In this document: positions 54,002-64,000 of the stretch, piece after piece
Layout: every line of letters starts with the position of its first letter
Position numbering within the stretch: position 1 is the first letter of the stretch
Source: Rhynchobatus australiae
Lineage: Eukaryota
DNA: 64,000 nt
Assembly: GCA_034780895.1 (NCBI GenBank)
Contig: JAUZTB010000001.1
Span: 97,611,500-97,675,499, forward strand
Direction of reading: 5' to 3'
Notes under the pieces: model-generated
The model's database searches: none
Seen by the model: only the letters and a program-made list of their open reading frames with translations
Told to the model about the DNA's origin: nothing
Program-made: the position numbers and the translations under genes

Positions 54002-54082
54002 CTCTCACTGGACCTCTACTACTCAGAAGATGAAATTTATGAGCTTTCATATGCACGTGAGCCACGAAACAATAAAGTTCCA
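54002..54082 (+). CDS. RASGRP1: RASGRP1 exon 10: [27 protein letters not shown]
   Basis: Acceptor tatttcag, donor cca|gtaaga. 81 nt. Confidence 0.95.
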
Positions 54083-55229
54083 GTAAGAAAGTTTCCTAAT
54101 ACAATTTCTGTCACTTGATATTGCTGTTTCACATTAAGTGCCATATTGTGATATGCATTACAGTTGATTGTAGCTGCAATTATCTTGTCAGATTGCCNNN
54201 NNNNNNNATCATGAAATTGTGGGTGGTGAAATTTGAAAGACAATCAGATTTGATCATGTTCAAATCAGGAGCATTACGACTCTTTAAGCAAACGTGATTG
54301 ATTTTAGGCTGAAAGCATACTAAATATCTGGGAAGCTTTATATTGCAAAAAAGTCTATTACTTTTAATGTAACAAAGATTATTTTTTTGTATTTATAAAT
54401 TACATATAGAGGTCAGTGTTTGTTGAAACTGGGAAGCCAAGATGACTTGAACTTAAGACATTTATTTTGTAAAATATTTGAGAGCCATTTTTTAACGATA
54501 TATATGTAAATCAGGTGTCAATCCATCAGCCCTGATGCACATCTCACTGGGAGAAATGTTTAATGGGTAACTGATATACCACTTACTTTATACAATTGCC
54601 TAAAATCAAAATTAAGCTCACATATCTGAACAAAACTGTTTAATTAATGCTGCATTATCAGTCTGGATCTCTGTGGTGGTGTGTACCCTTCTTCCCATCC
54701 AGTTGGTGTAATCCAAATTAAATCAGTTTAAGATACACCACCGACTCTCTGGATACATCTGAATTCTTTCAAAATGGATGACATCATTTGCTGATAAGTT
54801 TCTGCATAATTGGCCTGGCGGTTTATCTATCATTGAAATCAACGTTGCAACATTTTTATTGCGTGTTGCTCCAACTGCTGTGGCAAAGGTGGTTTCAGTG
54901 TTTCTCTTCTACAGAAAAATAATGGAAGTCATGTGAACTAACAGTGGAAGTCTGCTATTCAGAGCTGATTCTTTGTGCCCTACTGTAGGGTGTCAGCTCT
55001 TGTTTTCTAGGGACGTAGAAATGATGCATAATCGCTGGTGGCCATTGTTGAAACTTTGAGGTAAATGTCTACAGCTGGAGGCTTGCTTCTGCAATCCCTG
55101 CTGGTCTTCAGTTGATTCAGGCAGTCTGATGGAACAAGATCTTGTAATGCTGCAGTTTCAGTTTCTCAGCACCCAACTTTTAGGTCAGCCAGATTTGTCT
55201 TAGATTCATAATCAATATATTAAATATTA

Positions 55230-55720
55230 ATGGAAAGTACTTGCAGCATAGAACTAGTCTGTTTGATCCAACAAGTTTCAAACAGTATTTATGCTCCAGA
55301 GAAGATTTCTTCCATCTTTCACTTAATCTCATCACTATATCCTATTCTTTACTCACTCAATCTTGAATTTAGTCAGCATCCCATTTCCAGTCACCTCACA
55401 TATTCCTGATGGTAATGACTTCCACATTCTAACAATTGACTGGGTAAAATAGTTTCTTGTGAACTCCCTACTGAATTTATTATTGGCTGTCTTGTATTTA
55501 TAAATTTGACCTGCCAAGAAGAGAAAAAGTTTTCTGACATTTACCCTGTAAAATTCCTATCTTCTCTTTTCCAAAGGAAAGACCTCTGGCTAGTCCAATC
55601 TTTGTTAGCAAATAAAATCTCTGTTTGGTTCTTAAGCTAGTAATTTTTTTTTGCAGTTGCAGTTTTAATGCCTTCCTGTCCATTTTATAATTGGAAGACC
55701 AAAACTGTTCCAAGTACTTG
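55230..55720 (-). mobile_element. Old CR1 3' fragment
   Basis: Minus-strand EQFWSSNYKMDRKAL, similar to CR1 VQFWSPxYxKDxxAL. Confidence 0.6.
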
Positions 55721-55724
55721 AAAT

Positions 55725-55830
55725 TTTAAAAACTACAGATGCTGGAAATCTGAAATAGAAATACAAAATGCTGGAAACACTTAACAGGTCAGGTAGCATT
55801 TGTGGAAAGAGAAACAGAGTTAACGTTTCA
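55725..55830 (+). repeat. Short dispersed repeat (gatgctggaaatctgaaata... family, probably a Penelope-derived terminus). Other copies near 15650, 16480-16620, 29400-29510, 36840-37000, 40490-40640, 46620-46730
   Basis: Recurrent motif actacagatgctggaaatctgaaata...aatgctggaaacact...caggtcaggtagcat, seen in both orientations. Confidence 0.65.
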
Positions 55831-56274
55831 GAAAGTTCTTGTCATTACCCATGAATTTATTCTGTGTATTTTTTGGTAGTCCTATCCTTACCGCGGTTTT
55901 TTTTATAATACATGTTGCTGTGGAATACTTACTTTAATATGATGGAGAATTGGGAACTGTTGCAAGATAAATTCACACATTCCTTTGTTATTTAACAATT
56001 ATAAAACATTCTTGTTATGAAAAGGAATACCAGGTTTATGACTTGTCAAAGGCCATAAACAGTTTGAAGTCCTGAGGACTCAACATGTAATGACCCTTGG
56101 ATATATATATAACTTCCACAAAGTTAACAGGTAGTTAGTATTATCTGAAATTGTTTCATGTTGTCAGAACTGCCACATGATTCAAGTATCCAACAATCGC
56201 ATCAATACATGTCCTTTTCCCACCACAGAAGACTAGCAGTTGCAATGTAACTTATAGGTCTTTGTTTCATTTAG

Positions 56275-56379
56275 CCAGCAACTCCTTGTAAGCCACCTGT
56301 TGTAGCAGACTGGGCCCCTGGAGTATCCCCAAAGCCTGATCCGAAGACTGTCAGCAAACATGTTCAGCGGATGGTTGAT
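56275..56379 (+). CDS. RASGRP1: RASGRP1 exon 11 (linker): [35 protein letters not shown]
   Basis: Acceptor tttcatttag, donor gat|gtgagt. 105 nt. Confidence 0.95.
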
Positions 56380-56689
56380 GTGAGTTTTTCCCTTACCATA
56401 TCATAAGTGTAGTTACTATTTTTCAAATTGTAGTTCCAACACGGAGGAAAGGTGGGGAGGGGTATTGGTGAAATTTGGCATTATTCACTAAAAGGTTGCA
56501 AGAGGACTGGGTGAAAGCTGTATTCCCCTCCCATGATTAGATTCCATCAATGCATTTTCTTCCAGTAGAAAAAAAAAACTGCTTTTACCAAGCAGGACAC
56601 AGGAATAGAAATCAACCGATTCCTGTAGAACACTTGTATCTGGTGAGTGGTCTTCCCAATTTAAGCTATGGGAACCCATAACAGTTGAG

Positions 56690-57085
56690 TGGGTTAGTCA
56701 GGCACTCAGTGGAGTTTAGAAGAATGAGAAGTGAACTTTTTGAAGCGCATATAATTCTGAGGAAGAAGCAGTTGGGGTGGGGGCTTGTTTACAGGATAGA
56801 TGCTAAGAAAATGTTTCCTTTCATGGGTGAAGATGTTCGAATGGAGATATGGTATCAGAATAAAGGGTCAGCCATTTAAGATAAGGAAGAATTTCTTTGA
56901 GGGTGTGGTGGTTGAATCTTTGAACATTTTCAAAGCTGTTAGACAGAATTTGGAACTAGAAGGGAATTGAGGGTTACTGGGAAAAGGCAGAAAAGTGTTG
57001 AGGCAAGACCAGGTCAGCCATGATCTTATTAAATGGCAGAGCAAGCTGAACCAGCATTTTTGCCTACCCTTGCTCCTATTTTTCA
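56690..57085 (+). mobile_element. CR1 3' fragment
   Basis: SVEFRRMRSELFEAHII...RIDAKKMFP and a CR1 3' UTR. Confidence 0.75.
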
Positions 57086-57314
57086 TGAATTCCCTCCTCA
57101 CCTATTAGACTAACACTTGGTCTGGATAAAGACAATTATGTCTGCAGGAGTTTCCACATTTTTTCCTATTTATCAGCCTGTGACTTTAATATAGCAGTTG
57201 GCAGAAATTATTCCCAAAGTTGGCCTTTCAACCTTCACATGAACATAGTTACTGGTTTTATTCAAGGCTGTCCATTATTATTAATGAATTTAACCTTTTG
57301 TATGCTCTCCGCAG

Positions 57315-57417
57315 TCTGTCTTTAAAAATTATGATCATGATCAGGATGGCTATATCTCACAGGAGGAATTTGAAAAGATTGCTGCCAGTTTTCCTTTTTC
57401 CTTTTGCGTGATGGACA
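57315..57417 (+). CDS. RASGRP1: RASGRP1 exon 12 (EF-hand 1; 3' end lost in gap): [34 protein letters not shown]
   Basis: Acceptor ctctccgcag. EF loop [12 protein letters not shown]. Runs into the N gap at 57418. Confidence 0.94.
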
Positions 57418-58399
57418 NNNNNNNNNNNNNNNNNNNNNNNNNNNNNNNNNNNNNNNNNNNNNNNNNNNNNNNNNNNNNNNNNNNNNNNNNNNNNNNNNNN
57501 NNNNNNNNNNNNNNNNNNNNNNNNNNNNNNNNNNNNNNNNNNNNNNNNNNNNNNNNNNNNNNNNNNNNNNNNNNNNNNNNNNNNNNNNNNNNNNNNNNNN
57601 NNNNNNNNNNNNNNNNNNNNNNNNNNNNNNNNNNNNNNNNNNNNNNNNNNNNNNNNNNNNNNNNNNNNNNNNNNNNNNNNNNNNNNNNNNNNNNNNNNNN
57701 NNNNNNNNNNNNNNNNNNNNNNNNNNNNNNNNNNNNNNNNNNNNNNNNNNNNNNNNNNNNNNNNNNNNNNAAATTCCAACAGTTTGTGTCATGGAAGAGT
57801 TATGGAGTGAGAAATTGCCAAGTACAAAGTGTGAAAATGCTTTGTTAGCTTAACAAGCAGAGTTCACTCTCAGTCTCCTGAGGGATTTCAAAAAGTTGAA
57901 GATTGTGCTGTAAATATAATTTTAATGACAAAGTATATCATTATATATTCACTCAATGCAACTCACTCTCCTCAATCCAGAAAAGAAAAAGTTGGAAGGT
58001 AGAAATTTGTTCATGAGGTTTTGTATTTTTTTCTCCCGTGCATTTTTAACCCAGTCTCATTTCATTCTCTCCATTTTTCTTTCTAGATCTGACTATAATT
58101 CATTGGTGTGGGAGGAGGTTAAAAGCTCATCGCTTAACTAATTAATCTTCCAGGCCTGCTACTTTCAATGCTCTTTTCAGAATTCTACCATGTGTTGTGT
58201 ATTTCCTTAAAAAGAATTTCCCCTTCATCCCTTTGGTGACTTTGCCAATTTTCTTGAATCTTTGCATTCAACCCTACTTTCATTGGAAACAGGTTTGCCC
58301 CATCTCCTCCTCAAAATCCCTCAATTTTCAATACCTCTATTGAATCAACCCTGTCTGGTTCTTCCCTTGACTCTCCATCTATGATTTGCATCTAGTATC

Positions 58400-58760
58400 T
58401 TATTCTTACAAAGAATGGACAAAAGTCATTTCCCCCCATCAGGTTCACACCAGCTCCCAGGGAAGCAAACCTATTCAGAATCAGGTTCATTATCACTGAC
58501 AGATGTCGTGAAGTTTGTTGTTTTATGGCAGTGGTACTGTGCAACATATTGGCTCACATGTTCCTAACAATCACTTCCCCTTTACCATTAAATTGCCCCT
58601 TAGAGTAAGTTACAGTAGTCAATTAACCTATCAAGGCACCTTTGAGATGCGGGATGAAACACAGGGAGAGAACATGTAAACTCTTCACAGACAGCACTCC
58701 AGGTCAGGATTGCACCTGAGACTCTGAGGCTGCAGCACTAACTGCTGCACCACCATGCCA
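58400..58760 (-). mobile_element. tRNA SINE with a short Rex1 tail insertion at ~58476-58545
   Basis: SINE core acagacagcactccaggtcaggatt. Inserted tcagaatcaggttcattatcactgac matches the 9058 tail. Confidence 0.7.
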
Positions 58761-60036
58761 CTCTTGTATGCCTATCATTACTTCTTTCATTTATGTTTAG
58801 CAACAATAACAAGTATTTATTTCTATAAATATAGGCACGACTCACTAATGTCACTAGCAGGATAGAGAAGATTCTAAGTGCACAGAAATGAACAAATTTA
58901 CATGCAAAGCAACAAAATGGCACACTAAATTAACAAAGGTCCACACGGACCAACTCATTATAAATCCTAGAGGCCAATTGTGCAATATTCAGAGGCTTGT
59001 AATGCTTGATACTAGAGAGATAGAGAAATATGTAATTGCCAGCATAATATTCTTTACTCGCACTTTGTTTATTAGTCTGAATACAAAACATTCTCATACA
59101 TTTGATGAAGGGAAAAACAGGAGTATTAAATCTTTAAAAATTTCTCTGCAAACCATTATCGCAGAGAATCAGAAATGCATTTAAAAGAATCTCAATACTG
59201 TCTTTACAATTCAGCATTACCTCTTGAAAAGGATGGAATAATGGGTTTACTGGTCTGCTTGAACTTAGAACATTTGTATTTCATTAGCAGCCATTAAAAT
59301 AGCATGATAAATTTTTGAGAACATTTGGCAGTTTTGGCGGGAGTACCATTAAGGCTTTCCATTACAAATTCTGCATCTGAAATCTAAATCCATTCGTGGT
59401 CAGGAGTCTAACATGCAGCATATTAGTATTTACCACTGTTGCCCACAGAGAATATACAGCTTAATGCCATCACATAGAATTCCAGCCACCAAAATGGTGG
59501 TAACTATAGTCAAGAGAGCCGGGAGCTGACGGCACTCACATAAACCATAAATTGACTGCAGCTGTTAAAACAGTGGATACTACCCAATGCTGGTGAAACA
59601 TATTACAGCTAAATTACATTGTTTTACGCTAATCAATAGTCTTTTACTCTCAAAAGGTGCACACAGAATGTGATAAGCTAAGCACATTATCATTGACACT
59701 TCTATAAAGTAAATCAACGTCATCATGTAGCAGTGTTTTCTTCCTGAATATGACACGAATGATTGCCCAATTACATGTTTACCCATGGCAGCATTGCTTA
59801 ATTGTATTCAGTGTTGTGCCAATACTGTTGTCACTTGTGAATCATTTAAATTGTTGCAAAAAATATAGTTGCAGTGGTCATTTGCAGAATGGGATTTGTA
59901 ATTAGTATCAAAGCCTACAATAATCTATTTTGCTTTCACTGCCATTTTTACCAGAATAGTTTACACAGAGCTCCTGTTAAATATTTGTTCCACGTGTACA
60001 CAAAAGCTTCAATAATGAACAATTCTCATTTTACAG

Positions 60037-60181
60037 TGAAGGACTAATAAGCAGAGAGGAAATTACAGCATATTTCATGAGGTCCAGTTCCATCTTCTCA
60101 AAGTCAGTCCAAGGCTTTCTCCATAATTTCCAAGAGACAACATATCTGAAACCTACCTTCTGTGACAACTGTGCTGGATTT
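60037..60181 (+). CDS. RASGRP1: RASGRP1 exon 13 (EF-hand 2 / start of C1): [48 protein letters not shown]
   Basis: Acceptor cattttacag, donor ttt|gtaagc. 145 nt. Confidence 0.95.
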
Positions 60182-60629
60182 GTAAGCAATTTTCACCTTC
60201 ATTTCCTGGCTCGTAACATGCCTCTGGATCAGATGTAAGGTAGCCAGATAGCTTTTGACAAGTAATTATTCCAGCAGCACTTAGATAATACATAAAACAT
60301 TTTTAATGGTCCATCGTGTTGGGTTTGTAAGTTAAAATCCCACTTGAATTAGTTAAAACTGGTAATTTGTGAGCAGGTACCTGGAAAATTATTAGAGTTG
60401 TAATATTTAACCAAACTAGATGTCATCACTGTTGTACTTGGGCTACAAGCAATTCTATTCTTGCACCATGTGGTTGAATGTTATTGTCCACAGGACATAC
60501 TGAGATGGGGAATAAATGCTGCCTTGTTGGCCTCTTAAAAACTGTGAATGACTGTCCAATTACTGCTTTAACTATTCTCCATTCCTTCAAATTTACAAAA
60601 CCAAAGTAATGTCTGTTTATTCTTTGCAG

Positions 60630-60666
60630 ATCTGGGGTGTCATAAAACAAGGATACAGATGCAGAG
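60630..60666 (+). CDS. RASGRP1: RASGRP1 exon 14 (C1): IWGVIKQGYRCR(D)
   Basis: Acceptor tctttgcag. 37 nt. Ends at the non-canonical donor g|gcaagt. Confidence 0.9.
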
Positions 60667-62623
60667 GCAAGTGACATTTCTTTAAAAACCATGTTAATTA
60701 TGCTGAAGAATTTGGTAATCTCTCAATACTCACAGCAAGCTTATGCAAATAGATTTGTGAAATTGTTGCATTAGTGGAATCACTTTTACAAATTATATTT
60801 GAGAAATGGTCTTTAGTCCTTAATCAACATTGCTAGCAGCTTCACAAGCCCTAAGGGAATAAATTATACTCAATCAATTCATCAACAATGTAACGTACAA
60901 CATAACTAAAGACAAACAAAAAAAAGTTCCATATTAGGAGGGATAAACTGTTGTAATGATCGTTAAAATTACCTGGCCAAATCATGCCTGGCCTGATAAA
61001 GTTAACCACTATTACAACAATTTCATAGTGAAATGCCGATAACATCCCTGTCAGAGGTCACTCTTGCTCACTGCAATGGGCAAGTGACATTAACTGGAGG
61101 TTAGAGGCCAGTGTTGCTGGATCCACTTTATATTCCAGGCCCTCTGTTATGGCAGACAGAAGTAGCATTACACCATTCATTTAAATAGGTCACCGACCTT
61201 GATTAAAAAACTGAGTGGTTTATTTATTCTCCTTTCCCTTTAAATCTTTGTTGTTAGTTTCTAGCAGTTCAAGTAAGTTTGTTTCATTTAAAAAAATAAT
61301 TTACACTAATGTGAATTACATTTAAATGTATTTNNNNNNNNNNNNNNNNNNNNNNNNNNNNNNNNNNNNNNNNNNNNNNNNNNNNNNNNNNNNNNNNNNN
61401 NNNNNNNNNNNNNNNNNNNNNNNNNNNNNNNNNNNNNNNNNNNNNNNNNNNNNNNNNNNNNNNNNNNNNNNNNNNNNNNNNNNNNNNNNNNNNNNNNNNN
61501 NNNNNNNNNNNNNNNNNNNNNNNNNNNNNNNNNNNNNNNNNNNNNNNNNNNNNNNNNNNNNNNNNNNNNNNNNNNNNNNNNNNNNNNNNNNNNNNNNNNN
61601 NNNNNNNNNNNNNNNNNNNNNNNNNNNNNNNNNNNNNNNNNNNNNNNNNNNNNNNNNNNNNNNNNNNNNNNNNNNNNNNNNNNNNNNNNNNNNNNNNNNN
61701 NNNNNNNNNNNNNNNNNNNNNNNNNNNNNNNNNNNNNNNNNNNNNNNNNNNNNNNNNNNNNNNNNNNNNNNNNNNNNNNNNNNNNNNNNNNNNNNNNNNN
61801 NNNNNNNNNNNNNNNNNNNNNNNNNNNNNNNNNNNNNNNNNNNNNNNNNNNNNNNNNNNNNNNNNNNNNNNNNNNNNNNNNNNNNNNNNNNNNNNNNNNN
61901 NNNNNNNNNNNNNNNNNNNNNNNNNNNNNNNNNNNNNNNNNNNNNNNNNNNNNNNNNNNNNNNNNNNNNNNNNNNNNNNNNNNNNNNNNNNNNNNNNNNN
62001 NNNNNNNNNNNNNNNNNNNNNNNNNNNNNNNNNNNNNNNNNNNNNNNNNNNNNNNNNNNNNNNNNNNNNNNNNNNNNNNNNNNNNNNCTAATTAGACTCG
62101 ATTAGTCTAGCCCCTACTAATGCATTCAATGTGAAGTTAATAGGCAATGCAAGCTGATAAAACAAAGGAGACAACTGCTAGCATTCAACACATAGAAAAT
62201 AAATTTTAACGATGCTATCAGAACATCTCAAGGAGACAGCTACATTTACATTTCCTCTGTTCCTGGGAACTGGAAGAATGAGGTTTTTAGAAAACAAAGG
62301 TGGTATATATGCAAAGTTTATTAGCTAATATATCCAGACACTGTGCAAAAACTTTGGTTGTTTTTAAATGTTCAAAATTTCAACACTTGGTATTTTTCTA
62401 ATCATATTTAAATGTGGTAAAATTCCACAGCACTTGATCATGGTTGTAAAAAACCTTTATTTTTATGGCTGCCCAAAGCAACTTCACACACTGCAAAACT
62501 GCTGCCTACAAATGTCTCACACTAGCTGCATGTGTTTCTGAGCACTGTCAATTTTCTGGTTGGAAATGTCTGTCCTGTTGCAAGATTTTGTTCATGTCTA
62601 ATAGTTTATTTTTCATTGTGCAG
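60667..62623 (+). other. RASGRP1: GC-AG intron (intron 14)
   Basis: GAG|GCAAGT donor. This position gives in-frame G|AC (Asp) with exon 15; the nearby GT at 60671 does not. Confidence 0.85.
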
Positions 62624-62767
62624 ACTGTGGCATGAACTGTCATAAACAGTGTCGAGACCTGGTGGTCCTGGAATGCAAAAACAGACCCAAGACTACAGAC
62701 TCCAGTCCAACAACAAGCTCTACTCCCACTGCACTCTGTCCTGCTGGAATTAAAGGCTACAACATTG
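62624..62767 (+). CDS. RASGRP1: RASGRP1 exon 15: (D)CGMNCHKQCRDLVVLECKNRPKTTDSSPTTSSTPTALCPAGIKGYNI
   Basis: Acceptor cattgtgcag, donor g|gtaata. 144 nt. Completes the C1 zinc ligands. Confidence 0.92.
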
Positions 62768-64000
62768 GTAATATTACCTTTCTTACAATAGTGTACTTGT
62801 TAGATTAAAGCAATTTAGAAATGGTTCTACTGAGATTTCTGTGTTTAACAGTGATTTTGATAAAAGATGTGTACCTCTAAGTATAATGCACCTGTACTTT
62901 GTAGAAATTGTATTTTGCTTTGTTAAATAACTAACAAAAATCAAGTAATGTAGCTATGTTAAGAGAAACATTTTGATTATATTTTATTGCAATGAATGTT
63001 ATCTTCTGAATTAGTTTAAGGATAACCTAATCATTCAGCCACCTGCCCTGACTTATTTGGCCACACATCAGCTTCAATCAAGCCATGGTGCTGAGTCCTA
63101 GATCTTTGCCAATAATTCTGAAACCACCTGCCATGTGATGTGTATTTGAAACCTAGCAAGTTAATTCCAATCCAAGATTTTCTTAGGAGGACCAGAAAGG
63201 GTTAGGATAATGACTAGCTGTAAATTTGATGAATGTTTAGCAAGCTGGAAGATCAAGTCAAGAATTTAGGCCTGCAGATAGCACCCACCTCTAGACGATT
63301 CATACGAGGATGACATTTCATAAATTATTCCAACAACCTCTGAGTCAGAGGATTTTGGGTTCAAACATTGCTCCAAAATCCTAGCCAGAATCTAGGTAGT
63401 TACTTCAGTGCAGTTCTGAGTAAGTGGTATTGAATTTTTTGACTTTAAGGCTGAAGAATTAGGAGTGGGCCATCTGGATGCTCGAGCCCACTCTGCAATT
63501 CAACACTATGGTTAAAATTGTAGCTCAGGACTGTTTTCCTGCTCTATCCCAATTTCCTCAGTGTTCTAAGTTACACTTCCGAACATAATGACAAGCCAGT
63601 CACAGTTCTCTATGGTAATTATTAATTCTAATTATTCACAATCCTCCTCCTCCCCCCAACCCCTCCAAAGAGGCTAATTATCCTTAGTCCAGTCTTAGAT
63701 GGTTGAACCTTCATCATTTTCCCCAGTTAAATACATCCATGCAAAGACGTGGTTAGACCACATCTGGAGAAGCCTATTGGGTGGTGCCCAGAATATATGT
63801 ATTGCTTTGGGGTGCATGCTGCGTAGATGTACTATTGCACTGGTCTAACCAGGGCTTTGTGTCGGTATACTTAACTACTATCCTCTTGTGCTCAAGTCCT
63901 TCATATAGAAAGGACTACATTCTATTAGCATCTCAATATTTTCTGCACCTGTCCTTTACACTTGAAATGGAGTCCTTGTCCATAAATTATTCACTTTGAA

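Larger units (their letters stand above)
23592..62767 (+). other. RASGRP1: RASGRP1 gene span (visible coding exons 3-15; 5' and 3' exons not seen)
   Basis: Twelve readable exons in collinear order with compatible phases. Translations closely match vertebrate RasGRP1 (e.g. [71 protein letters not shown]). Confidence 0.96.

Noticed and set aside
61326-62105. Long ORFs containing X runs (also 15685, 41026, 51658, 57322)
   Set aside because: Artefacts of N gaps, which contain no stop codons.
1-64000. A novel multi-gene, CRISPR-like or defence system
   Set aside because: The sequence is a spliced vertebrate gene plus retroelement debris. There are no regularly spaced repeat-spacer arrays, operons or long unexplained ORFs.

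Overview
Eukaryotic, AT-rich vertebrate DNA from a gapped draft assembly. The repeat content (CR1, Rex1/Babar, Penelope, tRNA-SINEs, Deu-domain SINEs) points to a cartilaginous fish, probably a ray or skate (inference). The window holds most of one + strand gene, RASGRP1 (RAS guanyl-releasing protein 1). Coding exons equivalent to human exons 3-5 and 7-15 can be read with correct splice phases and encode the REM, CDC25 RasGEF, EF-hand and C1 domains. Exon 6 almost certainly lies in the N gap 41281-41590, exon 12 is cut by a gap, and exons 1-2 and 16-17 are not seen. Exon numbering and comparisons to human come from my recollection of the human protein, not from an alignment. The main non-obvious signals are an 8.5 kb U12-type (minor spliceosome) AT-AC intron at 23698-32239 and a GC-AG intron at 60667-62623. 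There are also two local inverted duplications inside LINE relics and several gap-flank duplication artefacts. Almost all ORFs in the supplied track are spurious or retroelement fragments. I found no evidence for a new multi-gene system.
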